IMG/VR virus record: IMGVR_UViG_3300008259_000056
Direction: 5' to 3' (one strand)
DNA length: 64,000 bases
Origin: an uncultured virus (IMG/VR IMGVR_UViG_3300008259_000056)
Lineage: Duplodnaviria > Heunggongvirae > Uroviricota > Caudoviricetes
Below the pieces are notes generated by a model, which was given only the letters and a program-made list of their open reading frames with translations, was not told the DNA's origin and did not search any database. The first letter of the stretch is position 1. Each line of letters begins with the position of its first letter. Of the stretch, positions 42,372 to 50,875 are shown in pieces. Both the position numbers and the translations under genes were made by a program.

Positions 42372-42527
42372 TTATTTTAAATACCCGATAATATCTGAGA
42401 TAATCCTAACAATACCGTAAATCGCCATTATTGAAATAAAAGATGAAAATATAATTATTTTATAGTTTGAATTAACGTTAAGAGGTCCTTTCTGACATTC
42501 TTTACATTCTTTACTTGATGTGTTCAT
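42372..42527 (-). CDS. 51-aa CxxC + TM protein (not in ORF track)
   Basis: MNTSSKECKECQKGP...IIIFSSFISIMAIYGIVRII. Confidence 0.55.
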   Translation of the reverse strand: MNTSSKECKECQKGPLNVNSNYKIIIFSSFISIMAIYGIVRIISDIIGYLK

Positions 42528-42579
42528 AATTAGATTAATTTGTAATAAACAATTATATTACCAATTCTTTTATAAGTAA

Positions 42580-42733
42580 ATAAATTAACCCCACTGAACC
42601 AATGGGGTTTAACTAATTGTTTCACTTATTAAGTTGGGGTAATCAACCCGTATCACCTCACCCGATACTTGATGGTCAGATTGTAAGTTAGGAGTTCTGA
42701 CATCCTGTTGTGTGTCCTCAATCACATCAACAA
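42580..42733 (-). ncRNA. Candidate structured small RNA
   Basis: Four consecutive hairpins plus terminator hairpin, directly downstream of a TAAATTTG promoter box. Confidence 0.5.
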
Positions 42734-42735
42734 TA

Positions 42736-42766
42736 CAAATTTAAGCCTTTGTTTGATATATACAAT
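42736..42766 (-). promoter_or_regulatory. Bacteroidota-type promoter driving the candidate RNA
   Basis: Minus strand TTG (42765-42763), 19-nt spacer, TAAATTTG (42743-42736). Confidence 0.6.
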
Positions 42767-42843
42767 AGGTATAATGATTTTTTTAAAAGTTTTTTTTGGT
42801 TATTGACTTTTTAACGCACTTTACTTATATTTATAATAAAGAG

Positions 42844-43011
42844 ATGAGTATGGAAACTAAAATGGGGAGACCTAAAAAAGAAGATAAAGATAAAAAAGTT
42901 AAGTATGGAATTAGTATTGACCGATATCTTTTTGATAAAATGAAGAACGAGGGGGTAAGTATCTCCAAATTTATCCAGAATTTAGTTAAAGAACATTATG
43001 AAAAAATATAA
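42844..43011 (+). CDS. Ribbon-helix-helix-like small DNA-binding protein
   Basis: GRPKK..KVKYGISIDRYLFDKM...SISKFIQNLV; overlaps endonuclease start. Confidence 0.6.
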   Translation: MSMETKMGRPKKEDKDKKVKYGISIDRYLFDKMKNEGVSISKFIQNLVKEHYEKI

Positions 43012-43609
43012 TTTTAATGAATATTTTTTTCACGAGGTGAATGAAAAATCCGCTTATTGGTTAGGGTTTTTATATGCCGATGGATATACTAGAATGAAAA
43101 ATGGTAAAAGTGGTGAAGTGAAACTAAAATTAAAAGATACTGATAGAAACCATATTGAATTATTTCTTAAAGATTTAGGGTGTGATAAACCTATAAAATG
43201 TGGGGTAGATAAGAAGTCTAAATTTTGTTCCGTAACAGTTTACTCAAACATAATGGTTAAACAATTATTTGAATTGGGGTGTGTTAATAATAAAACTCAA
43301 AAAATACGTTTACCTAAGTTAGATGAGGTATTCATGCCTCACTTTATAAGAGGTTATTTTGATGGTGACGGTAGTATTTCAAAAGTGAAAAATAGACCAA
43401 ATTCTTTTGTTGTAAGTTTGTGTTCTAATAAAGAATTTAACAATGAACTTGTAAAATTCTTAGGTTATGGAAAACCATACATATATGAAAACTATTCGGT
43501 TATTAAAATTAATAAAATAATGGATATTACTAATTTTAGGGATTATATTTACCCAAAGGCGATAACGTTCTTAGAAAGAAAATTACTAAAATTTAAACAA
43601 ATTAAATAA
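42998..43609 (+). CDS. Free-standing LAGLIDADG homing endonuclease
   Basis: AYWLGFLYADG and FIRGYFDGDGS motifs. Confidence 0.85.
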   Translation: MKKYNFNEYFFHEVNEKSAYWLGFLYADGYTRMKNGKSGEVKLKLKDTDRNHIELFLKDLGCDKPIKCGVDKKSKFCSVTVYSNIMVKQLFELGCVNNKTQKIRLPKLDEVFMPHFIRGYFDGDGSISKVKNRPNSFVVSLCSNKEFNNELVKFLGYGKPYIYENYSVIKINKIMDITNFRDYIYPKAITFLERKLLKFKQIK

Positions 43610-43629
43610 ATTAAATAAAATAATATAAT

Positions 43630-44487
43630 ATGTGTGTATCTTATGTCGGTGGTAAATCTAAAATTGCCCCACAATTAATAATTCCAAATATACCTAAAGA
43701 CATTGAGACATTTGTTGAAGCGTTTAGTGGACAATTTTGGACATTTTTTAAAATGAATTTAGATGACTATCCGAATCTTAAAACGGTAGTGTATAATGAT
43801 TTTAATCCATTGAACTATAATATGTATCAATGTTTACAGAAGAACCATCAAAGATTACTTGAAGAATGTGAAAAATTAGTGGTTCAGGAAAAAGAAGTTT
43901 TCCCGACTAATCCGATTTGTAGTGAACAATTTATCAGGTTTCAGGCTGAAATATTTGATGAGAATTTCAGCGTAGAAGCTTACGATTATGTTGTTGCTGC
44001 AAAATATATTTACGTTTTAACTCAAGTGTTTTCGGGTTCGAATCCTTCTAAATCAAAGTTTATTGACTTAAAAGGTAAGTATCATTCAAAGTTTACTTCA
44101 TTTAAAAATAAATTAAAAAAACCTGAGTGGCAAAAAATGTTTGAAAGAATTACTTTCGTTGAAAATATGGATTTTCAAGAAGTTATTGAGAAATATGACT
44201 CTCCGACAACTTATTTTTATGTTGACCCACCGTATTATATTGTTGGTGAAGGGAGTTATTATTCTAACCACGATTTTGGAAGACAAGACCACGAAAGATT
44301 AGCAAATTGTTTAAAAGACATTAAAGGTAAATTTTCATTGTCCTATTATGATTTCCCCTTATTATCTGAATGGTTCCCAAAAGACATTTATACTTGGGAG
44401 ATGAAAGAGTTTGCAAAAGCCGCTGCCGCTAAGAAAGGAACCAAACAAAATATGGGTGAAGAGTTACTCATTATGAATTATAAATAA
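43630..44487 (+). CDS. Dam-like (D12 class) N6-adenine DNA methyltransferase
   Basis: YVGGKS, VEAFSG, YNDFN, ENMDF, YVDPPYY. Confidence 0.85.
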   Translation: MCVSYVGGKSKIAPQLIIPNIPKDIETFVEAFSGQFWTFFKMNLDDYPNLKTVVYNDFNPLNYNMYQCLQKNHQRLLEECEKLVVQEKEVFPTNPICSEQFIRFQAEIFDENFSVEAYDYVVAAKYIYVLTQVFSGSNPSKSKFIDLKGKYHSKFTSFKNKLKKPEWQKMFERITFVENMDFQEVIEKYDSPTTYFYVDPPYYIVGEGSYYSNHDFGRQDHERLANCLKDIKGKFSLSYYDFPLLSEWFPKDIYTWEMKEFAKAAAAKKGTKQNMGEELLIMNYK

Positions 44488-44536
44488 AAATGACTATTTT
44501 TGAAAACTGAAATATTTATTAATAAAAAATGAAACT

Positions 44537-45916
44537 ATGAGATTCAATTCAATCATTAGACACTTAATTAAAGAAGAACAATCAAGATTCCAAGTATTAT
44601 ACGACAAATTAGTTGTACCTAATAAAAAAGACCCTAAAGGAAGAGGTTTAATGGATTTTGATAGTCTGAAACAAATCATATTTGCGGACCCCACTACTAA
44701 GGCACCTCAGAACTTTGATGTTGACGGTGCATCAATCCAAGATATGGATAAAGTTAAAGTGGGTAAGTTCACACAGTGGATGTTAAAGAACTTTGTTAAA
44801 CCATCAAGTCAAGATTTAGATGATATCGGAACATCTGATGTTAATTCACCAGAATACAAAAACACAATTAAAGAGTTTAAAAGACGATTCATTGAAGATT
44901 TATTCAAGTTTACTGATATGTTGAGTAAGTTTGAAAAGATTAAACAATACATCCCTCAAGAACAAAGAGACATTAATAAATTAACTCCTAATTCATTGTT
45001 GAATATTATCATGAATCTTCCTGAAGATGTCAAACAGAAAATCAACAAAAAAGATGTTAAGTCTCAAGCTAGACAAGAAAGGAAGGAAAACAGATTTGCA
45101 CATCCAGGTGGTGAGATTCTGAAAGAAGGTGAAAACTATACTTTAATTAAGATAGAAGGTACAGGACCACAACAACAAGAAGCCGCTCAATGGTATGGTG
45201 GATTCTATGATTATCAAAATGGTGAATCACATTGGTGCACATCACCTCCAGGGTCTAACTACTTTATGACTTATGCTAAACAAGGTCCTTTGTATGTTAT
45301 TATGGCAAACGATGATAAAGGTTTAGTTGGTGCTAGAACAGGATTACCTCAAGAAAGATATCAGTTCCATTTCCCATCTAGTCAGTTTATGGATAGAATG
45401 GACCGTTCAGTTAACTTGGTTGAAATGTTAAACGGACCAATGGTTGAATTAAAAGAGTATTTCAAACCTGAGTTTGCAAAAGGATTGGTTACTGGTAACG
45501 GTGAAAAGGTTGAGATTAACTACCCTCAAAGTTCGGCAGGTAAATTCATTGTTCTTTACGGATTTGAAGAATTGTTTGAGTCATTACCGACTAATATCAA
45601 ATATTTATTGATTAATAATACTTCTAACGAGAAAGTTGCTTGGGATATTCCTGAAAGTCTTGGTAAATTTACAAATGTTGAGGCGTTGATGTTAGTAAAA
45701 CTTGTTAAGAGTCTACCCGATTCTATCGGTAACATGAAGAATCTTCAGTTCTTAACACTATCGGATAATGAAAATTTAAAAGAATTACCTGAGACATTGG
45801 CTGATTTACCTAACTTATCATTTGTAACAATTAGAAATGTCCCTAACTTAGTTATTCCACCAAGATTGGCTGAAAAAATGGTTGAAGAAGGTCAAGGGTT
45901 TTACTACGTTCAATAG
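44537..45916 (+). CDS. Protein with C-terminal leucine-rich repeats
   Basis: IPESLGKF, LPDSIGNMKNLQFLTLSDN, LPETLADLPNL; N-terminal LIKEE; HWCTS core. Confidence 0.65.
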   Translation: MRFNSIIRHLIKEEQSRFQVLYDKLVVPNKKDPKGRGLMDFDSLKQIIFADPTTKAPQNFDVDGASIQDMDKVKVGKFTQWMLKNFVKPSSQDLDDIGTSDVNSPEYKNTIKEFKRRFIEDLFKFTDMLSKFEKIKQYIPQEQRDINKLTPNSLLNIIMNLPEDVKQKINKKDVKSQARQERKENRFAHPGGEILKEGENYTLIKIEGTGPQQQEAAQWYGGFYDYQNGESHWCTSPPGSNYFMTYAKQGPLYVIMANDDKGLVGARTGLPQERYQFHFPSSQFMDRMDRSVNLVEMLNGPMVELKEYFKPEFAKGLVTGNGEKVEINYPQSSAGKFIVLYGFEELFESLPTNIKYLLINNTSNEKVAWDIPESLGKFTNVEALMLVKLVKSLPDSIGNMKNLQFLTLSDNENLKELPETLADLPNLSFVTIRNVPNLVIPPRLAEKMVEEGQGFYYVQ

Positions 45917-45934
45917 AATTAAAAAAAATAAATT

Positions 45935-46219
45935 ATGAAAAATGTTGATATTGAGATTTACATGAATCAATTCATCAACTTTTTTGAAAGTAACCCAAAC
46001 GATTTAATTGATTTAATTGGGGACACTTTAAAAGAAACATTCTACGATAAGGTTAGAATGAGATGTTTTGAAAATTACGAGAAAGGTGAAGACATTTCTT
46101 TAACTAATAGACAAATGATGGAAATTGTTTTAGAGATTAGAAATGAAGAAACACCCGATATTGTTAGAATATCTAAGATATTTGAGTCAACGAAATACGG
46201 AACTATTTGTTTAAATTAA
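45935..46219 (+). CDS. Hypothetical protein
   Basis: 94 aa ORF. Confidence 0.6.
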   Translation: MKNVDIEIYMNQFINFFESNPNDLIDLIGDTLKETFYDKVRMRCFENYEKGEDISLTNRQMMEIVLEIRNEETPDIVRISKIFESTKYGTICLN

Positions 46220-46223
46220 AAAA

Positions 46224-46268
46224 AAATCCTCCAGAGTGTTGGAGGATTTGTTTTTTTGTCTATCTTTG
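46224..46268 (+). promoter_or_regulatory. Terminator hairpin overlapping a Bacteroidota-type promoter
   Basis: AATCCTCCA/TGGAGGATT stem + T-tract; TTG 46239-46241, 19 nt, TATCTTTG 46261-46268. Confidence 0.65.
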
Positions 46269-46292
46269 TAAGACAAATTTAAACAGAGATAT

Positions 46293-47054
46293 ATGAAAGC
46301 AGAATTTACCGTACAAAAAATCAAAGAACTAGCACCATCAGTATTCGCAACAGGACCATCACCAAAGGTATCTGATAAGTACGTATTTGTACCTACAGAC
46401 GAAATCCTTGAAAACTTCCAAAGAGAAGGGTGGGAACTATCTAGCGTGTCTCAAACAGGTAGAGGTATTCATGCTCTACACCAATTGAAATTCCGTAATG
46501 GTGAATTACCTAAAGTTGGTGATACTTTGGTTGAGGCTATTATCCGAAACTCTCATAATGGGACTGCAACATTCCAAGTAAGTGCGGGTCTACACCGACT
46601 TGTATGTTCTAATGGTCTTACGGTTCCTACCGCAATCTCTGACTCCCTTAAAGTTCGTCACCAAAAGTTTGACTTGGATGAGGTTAAACGATTAACTGAG
46701 ACTTTCGCAAAGCGTCTTCCTAAAATTGAGACATCTGTTGGTCGTATGATGGAAAAAATAATGACTACCGACGAAAAGATTGATTTCGTTAGAAAATCGG
46801 CTGAGTTCCGATGGAAGACAGGTAAAGTTCTTTCCGCAATGGAGGTTGAGGGTCTATTGGTTCCTAATCGTGTGGACGATGAAGGTGACGACCTTTGGAG
46901 AGTAATGAATGTGGTTCAAGAGAAGTATGTTCGTGGAGGACTATCTTACGAGACACCAAATGGTAGAAAGACCGCTCTTAAAGGACTTAAAGGTATCTCA
47001 GCGGTGAATCAAATCAATACCCAACTTTGGGAACTTGCTGAAACAATGATTTAA
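46293..47054 (+). CDS. DUF932/DUF945-family protein
   Basis: APSVFA, VSDKYVFVPT, NSHNG, GLHRLVCSNGL, DLWRVMNVVQE, NTQLWELA. Confidence 0.8.
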   Translation: MKAEFTVQKIKELAPSVFATGPSPKVSDKYVFVPTDEILENFQREGWELSSVSQTGRGIHALHQLKFRNGELPKVGDTLVEAIIRNSHNGTATFQVSAGLHRLVCSNGLTVPTAISDSLKVRHQKFDLDEVKRLTETFAKRLPKIETSVGRMMEKIMTTDEKIDFVRKSAEFRWKTGKVLSAMEVEGLLVPNRVDDEGDDLWRVMNVVQEKYVRGGLSYETPNGRKTALKGLKGISAVNQINTQLWELAETMI

Positions 47055-47055
47055 T

Positions 47056-47092
47056 AAGGTGGGGATTAATTCCCCATCTTTTCTTATATTTG
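47056..47092 (+). promoter_or_regulatory. Terminator hairpin plus -7 box
   Basis: AAGGTGGGGA/TCCCCATCTT stem, then TATATTTG 47085-47092. Confidence 0.6.
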
Positions 47093-47096
47093 TGAT

Positions 47097-48758
47097 ATGG
47101 AGAAACTTTTTGAAGATATTAAGGTTACATACGATGTGTGGTTGTACGATAATAACAACTCATTAGATGAGTATATAGATACTCCCCAAGATGACTTATA
47201 CCCCGAACTTTTTGGGGTTAGATTGCGTCAATCTAGACGGTATATGTTAACTAATGGGTTTTTTAAAAATAAAACAATTAGTAATAACGAAGAAGCATTT
47301 ATGGAGAATTATGGTAATCCTTTCGCTAAAGTTTCTATGTCAAGAAGAATTGCCACGGTTACAAAAAACGAGGATAAGATTAGTATTAAAATATTTAGAT
47401 ACAGTAGGGGTAGAAATGTTGGTAAAAAGTATTTCAGAGTAAGAACTAACCTTGAATATATATCATATAACATAAAGACAAATGCCCTGTATTATGGTAA
47501 AATAATAAATTACCACTTAAAGAGAAAGGCGATTAAAAAATGCAACAGGGTTTTATTAACTAGTGATTGGCTTGAGTCAATCAATTGTTATATTAATGGT
47601 AGTTTGGGACACTCAGATAGTCAATCAAATATGCTTGAATCATTTGTTAATGGTATTCCTGGCACTGAAAAGTATTTAGGAAACCCCAAATTAAGATTCT
47701 ATAAATACTTCTTGGAGAAAAGCGGGGCTAAACTACCAAACAATTGGGATGCGTTCATTTGTGTTTATCCACAACCTACTAAAAAGTTACTAAAGAAAGT
47801 TAACTACAAGTTTATAGATTCTTATATGGATTTACATAAACTAAAAGGTGATAAAATTAAAAGATGTTTACATTTGGTTAAAGTTATTAATCTTGAATAT
47901 CTACACTTTGCATATCAAGTATTTGGTGAAAAATATATCCTATCAAAACCTGACGAAGACATTGTTAAAATACTACAGTTTAGTAATTATTATGGTGGTA
48001 CATATTATAATTTGAACGATTATACTAAAGCTGAAAAAAATAATGCTTATGAAATTTTTAAATTGATATTGGATGAAAAGATTGACCTTTCCACATTTAC
48101 AGACCACATAAGGTTTAAACTTAGATTATCGGATATTAATCCTGTGAAATGGAAATCTAAAACTCTTGATGATTTTAATGACGAGCATTACGAATGGAGT
48201 GAGAAAGTTGCGGACCTTAGTAAATGTAGATATGATAGATTTTACGGGAACGATTTCAAGGGATGGGTTGAACAAAATATTGCGGTGAATGAAATTGATT
48301 ATTACCCTGTCTTATTAACCAACAGTTCTGATTATAACTTTGAGTCAATGACACAAAATAACTGTGTTAGAACTTATATTAATAAACCTTCAGCGATGAT
48401 AATCTCATTGAGGGAGGGTTCAAACACAGGTAAAAATAAATTGACTATTGAATATAATTTGGTATGTACTGATTGGGAAACTAAAGAGATAACCTTAAAA
48501 AGAGTTCAAACTAAAAGAAAGTCAAACATGATACCAGAACCTGAGTGGGATGAACCTCTAAGAATTTTGGATTTGAGGATAAAGGAGTTATGTAAACAGA
48601 AATTATTTACCTTACCCAAAATACAAGTTACATTTAAGAATATGTCAAAAATTGAAAGTGGTTTGAATATTGGTGACGATGGTTTTATTCAGTGGGATAA
48701 CCGAGCCGTTCAAGCGGGACATAGTTTAAATTTTTATGAATTTGATGATTTACCATGA
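47097..48758 (+). CDS. PcfJ-like domain protein
   Basis: ESMTQNNCVRTY..IISLR...TIEY...VQ pattern in C-terminal part. Confidence 0.65.
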   Translation: MEKLFEDIKVTYDVWLYDNNNSLDEYIDTPQDDLYPELFGVRLRQSRRYMLTNGFFKNKTISNNEEAFMENYGNPFAKVSMSRRIATVTKNEDKISIKIFRYSRGRNVGKKYFRVRTNLEYISYNIKTNALYYGKIINYHLKRKAIKKCNRVLLTSDWLESINCYINGSLGHSDSQSNMLESFVNGIPGTEKYLGNPKLRFYKYFLEKSGAKLPNNWDAFICVYPQPTKKLLKKVNYKFIDSYMDLHKLKGDKIKRCLHLVKVINLEYLHFAYQVFGEKYILSKPDEDIVKILQFSNYYGGTYYNLNDYTKAEKNNAYEIFKLILDEKIDLSTFTDHIRFKLRLSDINPVKWKSKTLDDFNDEHYEWSEKVADLSKCRYDRFYGNDFKGWVEQNIAVNEIDYYPVLLTNSSDYNFESMTQNNCVRTYINKPSAMIISLREGSNTGKNKLTIEYNLVCTDWETKEITLKRVQTKRKSNMIPEPEWDEPLRILDLRIKELCKQKLFTLPKIQVTFKNMSKIESGLNIGDDGFIQWDNRAVQAGHSLNFYEFDDLP

Positions 48759-49114
48759 TTAAGGTTCCTGAACATATTATTGATTTATATAGGTTTGATG
48801 TTGAATCATACCCGTGCATATCTTATATAAAAATAGGTGAATGGGAAATCTTAAAATCATTATTAAACAAGTCAATCACTATATGGTATTTTGCGGATGA
48901 TAATCAGGATAAATCGCTTATTATTGAAGAGTTTTTACAATACGATAAAACAGGTATCTACATCTACTATAGACTAAATGAAAACAACGAATACGAGGTA
49001 TTTATATTATCTAAAATTGACAAAAGAGATATTGTTAATTTTACATTACACATAATAAAAAAACAAATTAAAAATTATGGAAATAACAGCGAAAGAATTA
49101 CTGGAAAAGATTGA
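48755..49114 (+). CDS. Hypothetical protein
   Basis: 119 aa coupled ORF. Confidence 0.55.
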   Translation: MIKVPEHIIDLYRFDVESYPCISYIKIGEWEILKSLLNKSITIWYFADDNQDKSLIIEEFLQYDKTGIYIYYRLNENNEYEVFILSKIDKRDIVNFTLHIIKKQIKNYGNNSERITGKD

Positions 49115-49391
49115 GAATGGTGAAAAAGTTATGGTTGATTTTTGGGCGACTTGGTGTGGTCCTTGTAGAATGTTAAAACCTATCTTTGAGAAAGTTACTA
49201 CCGAAAATGAAACTGATGTCCAAATGTATACTATGGATGTTGATTTAAATAGAGATTTGGCCGTTTCATTGGGTATTAGAAGTGTACCAACAATTAAAGT
49301 GTTTGATAAAGGTCAAGTTGTTGAAACTAAAGTTGGGGTTGTCCAAGAATCGGAACTTAAACAGATTGCTAAAAACTTGGTAAATGGATAA
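49077..49391 (+). CDS. trxA: Thioredoxin
   Basis: VDFWATWCGPCRML, IRSVPT. Confidence 0.93.
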   Translation: MEITAKELLEKIENGEKVMVDFWATWCGPCRMLKPIFEKVTTENETDVQMYTMDVDLNRDLAVSLGIRSVPTIKVFDKGQVVETKVGVVQESELKQIAKNLVNG

Positions 49392-49668
49392 AATATTAAT
49401 AGTGTTCACAATGAAAGGTTGTCCTTTCTGTGATGTATTTAAAGGTCAGCTTAAAGAACAAAATTTGGAATTCTATGAGAGGGATATTGATGAACATAAA
49501 GACGAGTATGATTTATTTGTTGAAATAACAGAAAACGATTATGTACCTGCATTTATGATTGTAGAATCCCCAAACGAGGAACCTAATTCTCTATTGTTTG
49601 CACCTGGTAGAGATTTTGAAGAGATTGAAGATGGTGTGGAAATAATTAAAGAACACTTTACAAAATAA
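49384..49668 (+). CDS. Glutaredoxin/thioredoxin-fold protein
   Basis: GCPFC, YVPAF cis-Pro loop. Confidence 0.8.
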   Translation: MDKILIVFTMKGCPFCDVFKGQLKEQNLEFYERDIDEHKDEYDLFVEITENDYVPAFMIVESPNEEPNSLLFAPGRDFEEIEDGVEIIKEHFTK

Positions 49669-49700
49669 TAAAAACCCCACTTAAAAGGTGGGGTTTATTT
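49669..49700. terminator. Bidirectional terminator between convergent genes
   Basis: AAACCCCAC/GTGGGGTTT stem flanked by A- and T-tracts. Confidence 0.75.
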
Positions 49701-50515
49701 TACATAATAACTAACTCTTCTAACTTATCTCTTATAAGCCAAGGTTTAGGGGAAAACGGATTATCCAAGTCCTCAACTAAATCATAGGTTGACAGTAAAA
49801 ATTTAAAGTCGCTTAATTTAAAATCAAATACATCCAAAACTAATGACTTAACAACCTTGTCAGGATAATGTTTTGTCTCAGAAAATAATTCAATATCAAA
49901 ATCTTCTTCTTCATTTAGTTTAGTTGAAATCTTAAAGTCTATTTTATTTGATTTTATTACATTAAATAGATGATTACAGATGTATTCGGAGTAGTAGTAA
50001 TGTAATCTACCCATATTTAAACTATGACCGTATGGGAACTCAGATGTTACTGATAGAGGTGAGTAATTAAAATTAACTAAAGAAGGGGTTTTTGCTTCTG
50101 AATAGTCAACCTCAACTTGTAACCCATAGTTATCAGACGCTGACCATACATTAAGGTCGTTTGATTTTATAAACTCAATTAATCTTTTGGAGAATGACGG
50201 TCTTTCAGTATTGTAAAAAGTGAATGAATAGTCAGTCTTACTTTCAAGTTCTACATCATACATAATTAAGTCAATTACATTAATGTTTTCATAACCGAAT
50301 TTTGAAAGTAACTCTTTGTTTTGTTCGGTGAACTCCTCTTGGATTTTTGACATTTCTAAAATATCTTTACGATTTGTCATCCCATTAATAACAAAAAACT
50401 TTCCACAGTCAGTTACTTCAATAACCGAATCGTAATCAAGGGTTAATTTTTTTAAAATGTAATCGGCCATTTTATTAACAAGACCTCTGTTTGAATTTGG
50501 ATTGATATATCTCAT
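49700..50515 (-). CDS. Hypothetical protein with faint MetK-like N- and C-terminal patterns
   Basis: Start at MRYINP; VNKMADYIL..SVIEV...FVING; LVLDVFDF...KPWLIRDK. Confidence 0.5.
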   Translation of the reverse strand: MRYINPNSNRGLVNKMADYILKKLTLDYDSVIEVTDCGKFFVINGMTNRKDILEMSKIQEEFTEQNKELLSKFGYENINVIDLIMYDVELESKTDYSFTFYNTERPSFSKRLIEFIKSNDLNVWSASDNYGLQVEVDYSEAKTPSLVNFNYSPLSVTSEFPYGHSLNMGRLHYYYSEYICNHLFNVIKSNKIDFKISTKLNEEEDFDIELFSETKHYPDKVVKSLVLDVFDFKLSDFKFLLSTYDLVEDLDNPFSPKPWLIRDKLEELVIM

Positions 50516-50622
50516 AATGTTAAATTTATACCAATTAATAACTAAAATTATTAATACCTTAAATAGTAAAATGAAAAAGGAGGACATACAATATCCTCCT
50601 ATCCTTTCTAGAAAACCAAGAA

Positions 50623-50766
50623 TTACTTCTTCTTAGTGTAGTATTTCTCTACAACCTTCTTAATTGACTCCTGAATAGAAGTGTTATTAGTTGGTTGTGC
50701 TTGAGGTGCCGCACTTTGTTGATTTGTTTGTGCTTGGTTACCTTTGTTCTTGCATCCACAACTCAT
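50623..50766 (-). CDS. 47-aa protein MSCGCK... (not in ORF track)
   Basis: TATTTAT box upstream (50812-50806) and AGGAGGA/TCCTCCT terminator downstream. Confidence 0.65.
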   Translation of the reverse strand: MSCGCKNKGNQAQTNQQSAAPQAQPTNNTSIQESIKKVVEKYYTKKK

Positions 50767-50875
50767 TGTTAATTTTTTTTAAACGTTTATTGTTTGTATA
50801 CATTTATAAATATCTAAATGAGATGTAATATGTAAATAAAACCTTGTTTTAATTTATTTTAAAATATTTATGGAT

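Noticed and set aside
42998..43609. LAGLIDADG as part of an intein or group I intron
   Set aside because: Has its own start and stop, no splicing motifs, and flanking ORFs are not two halves of one gene
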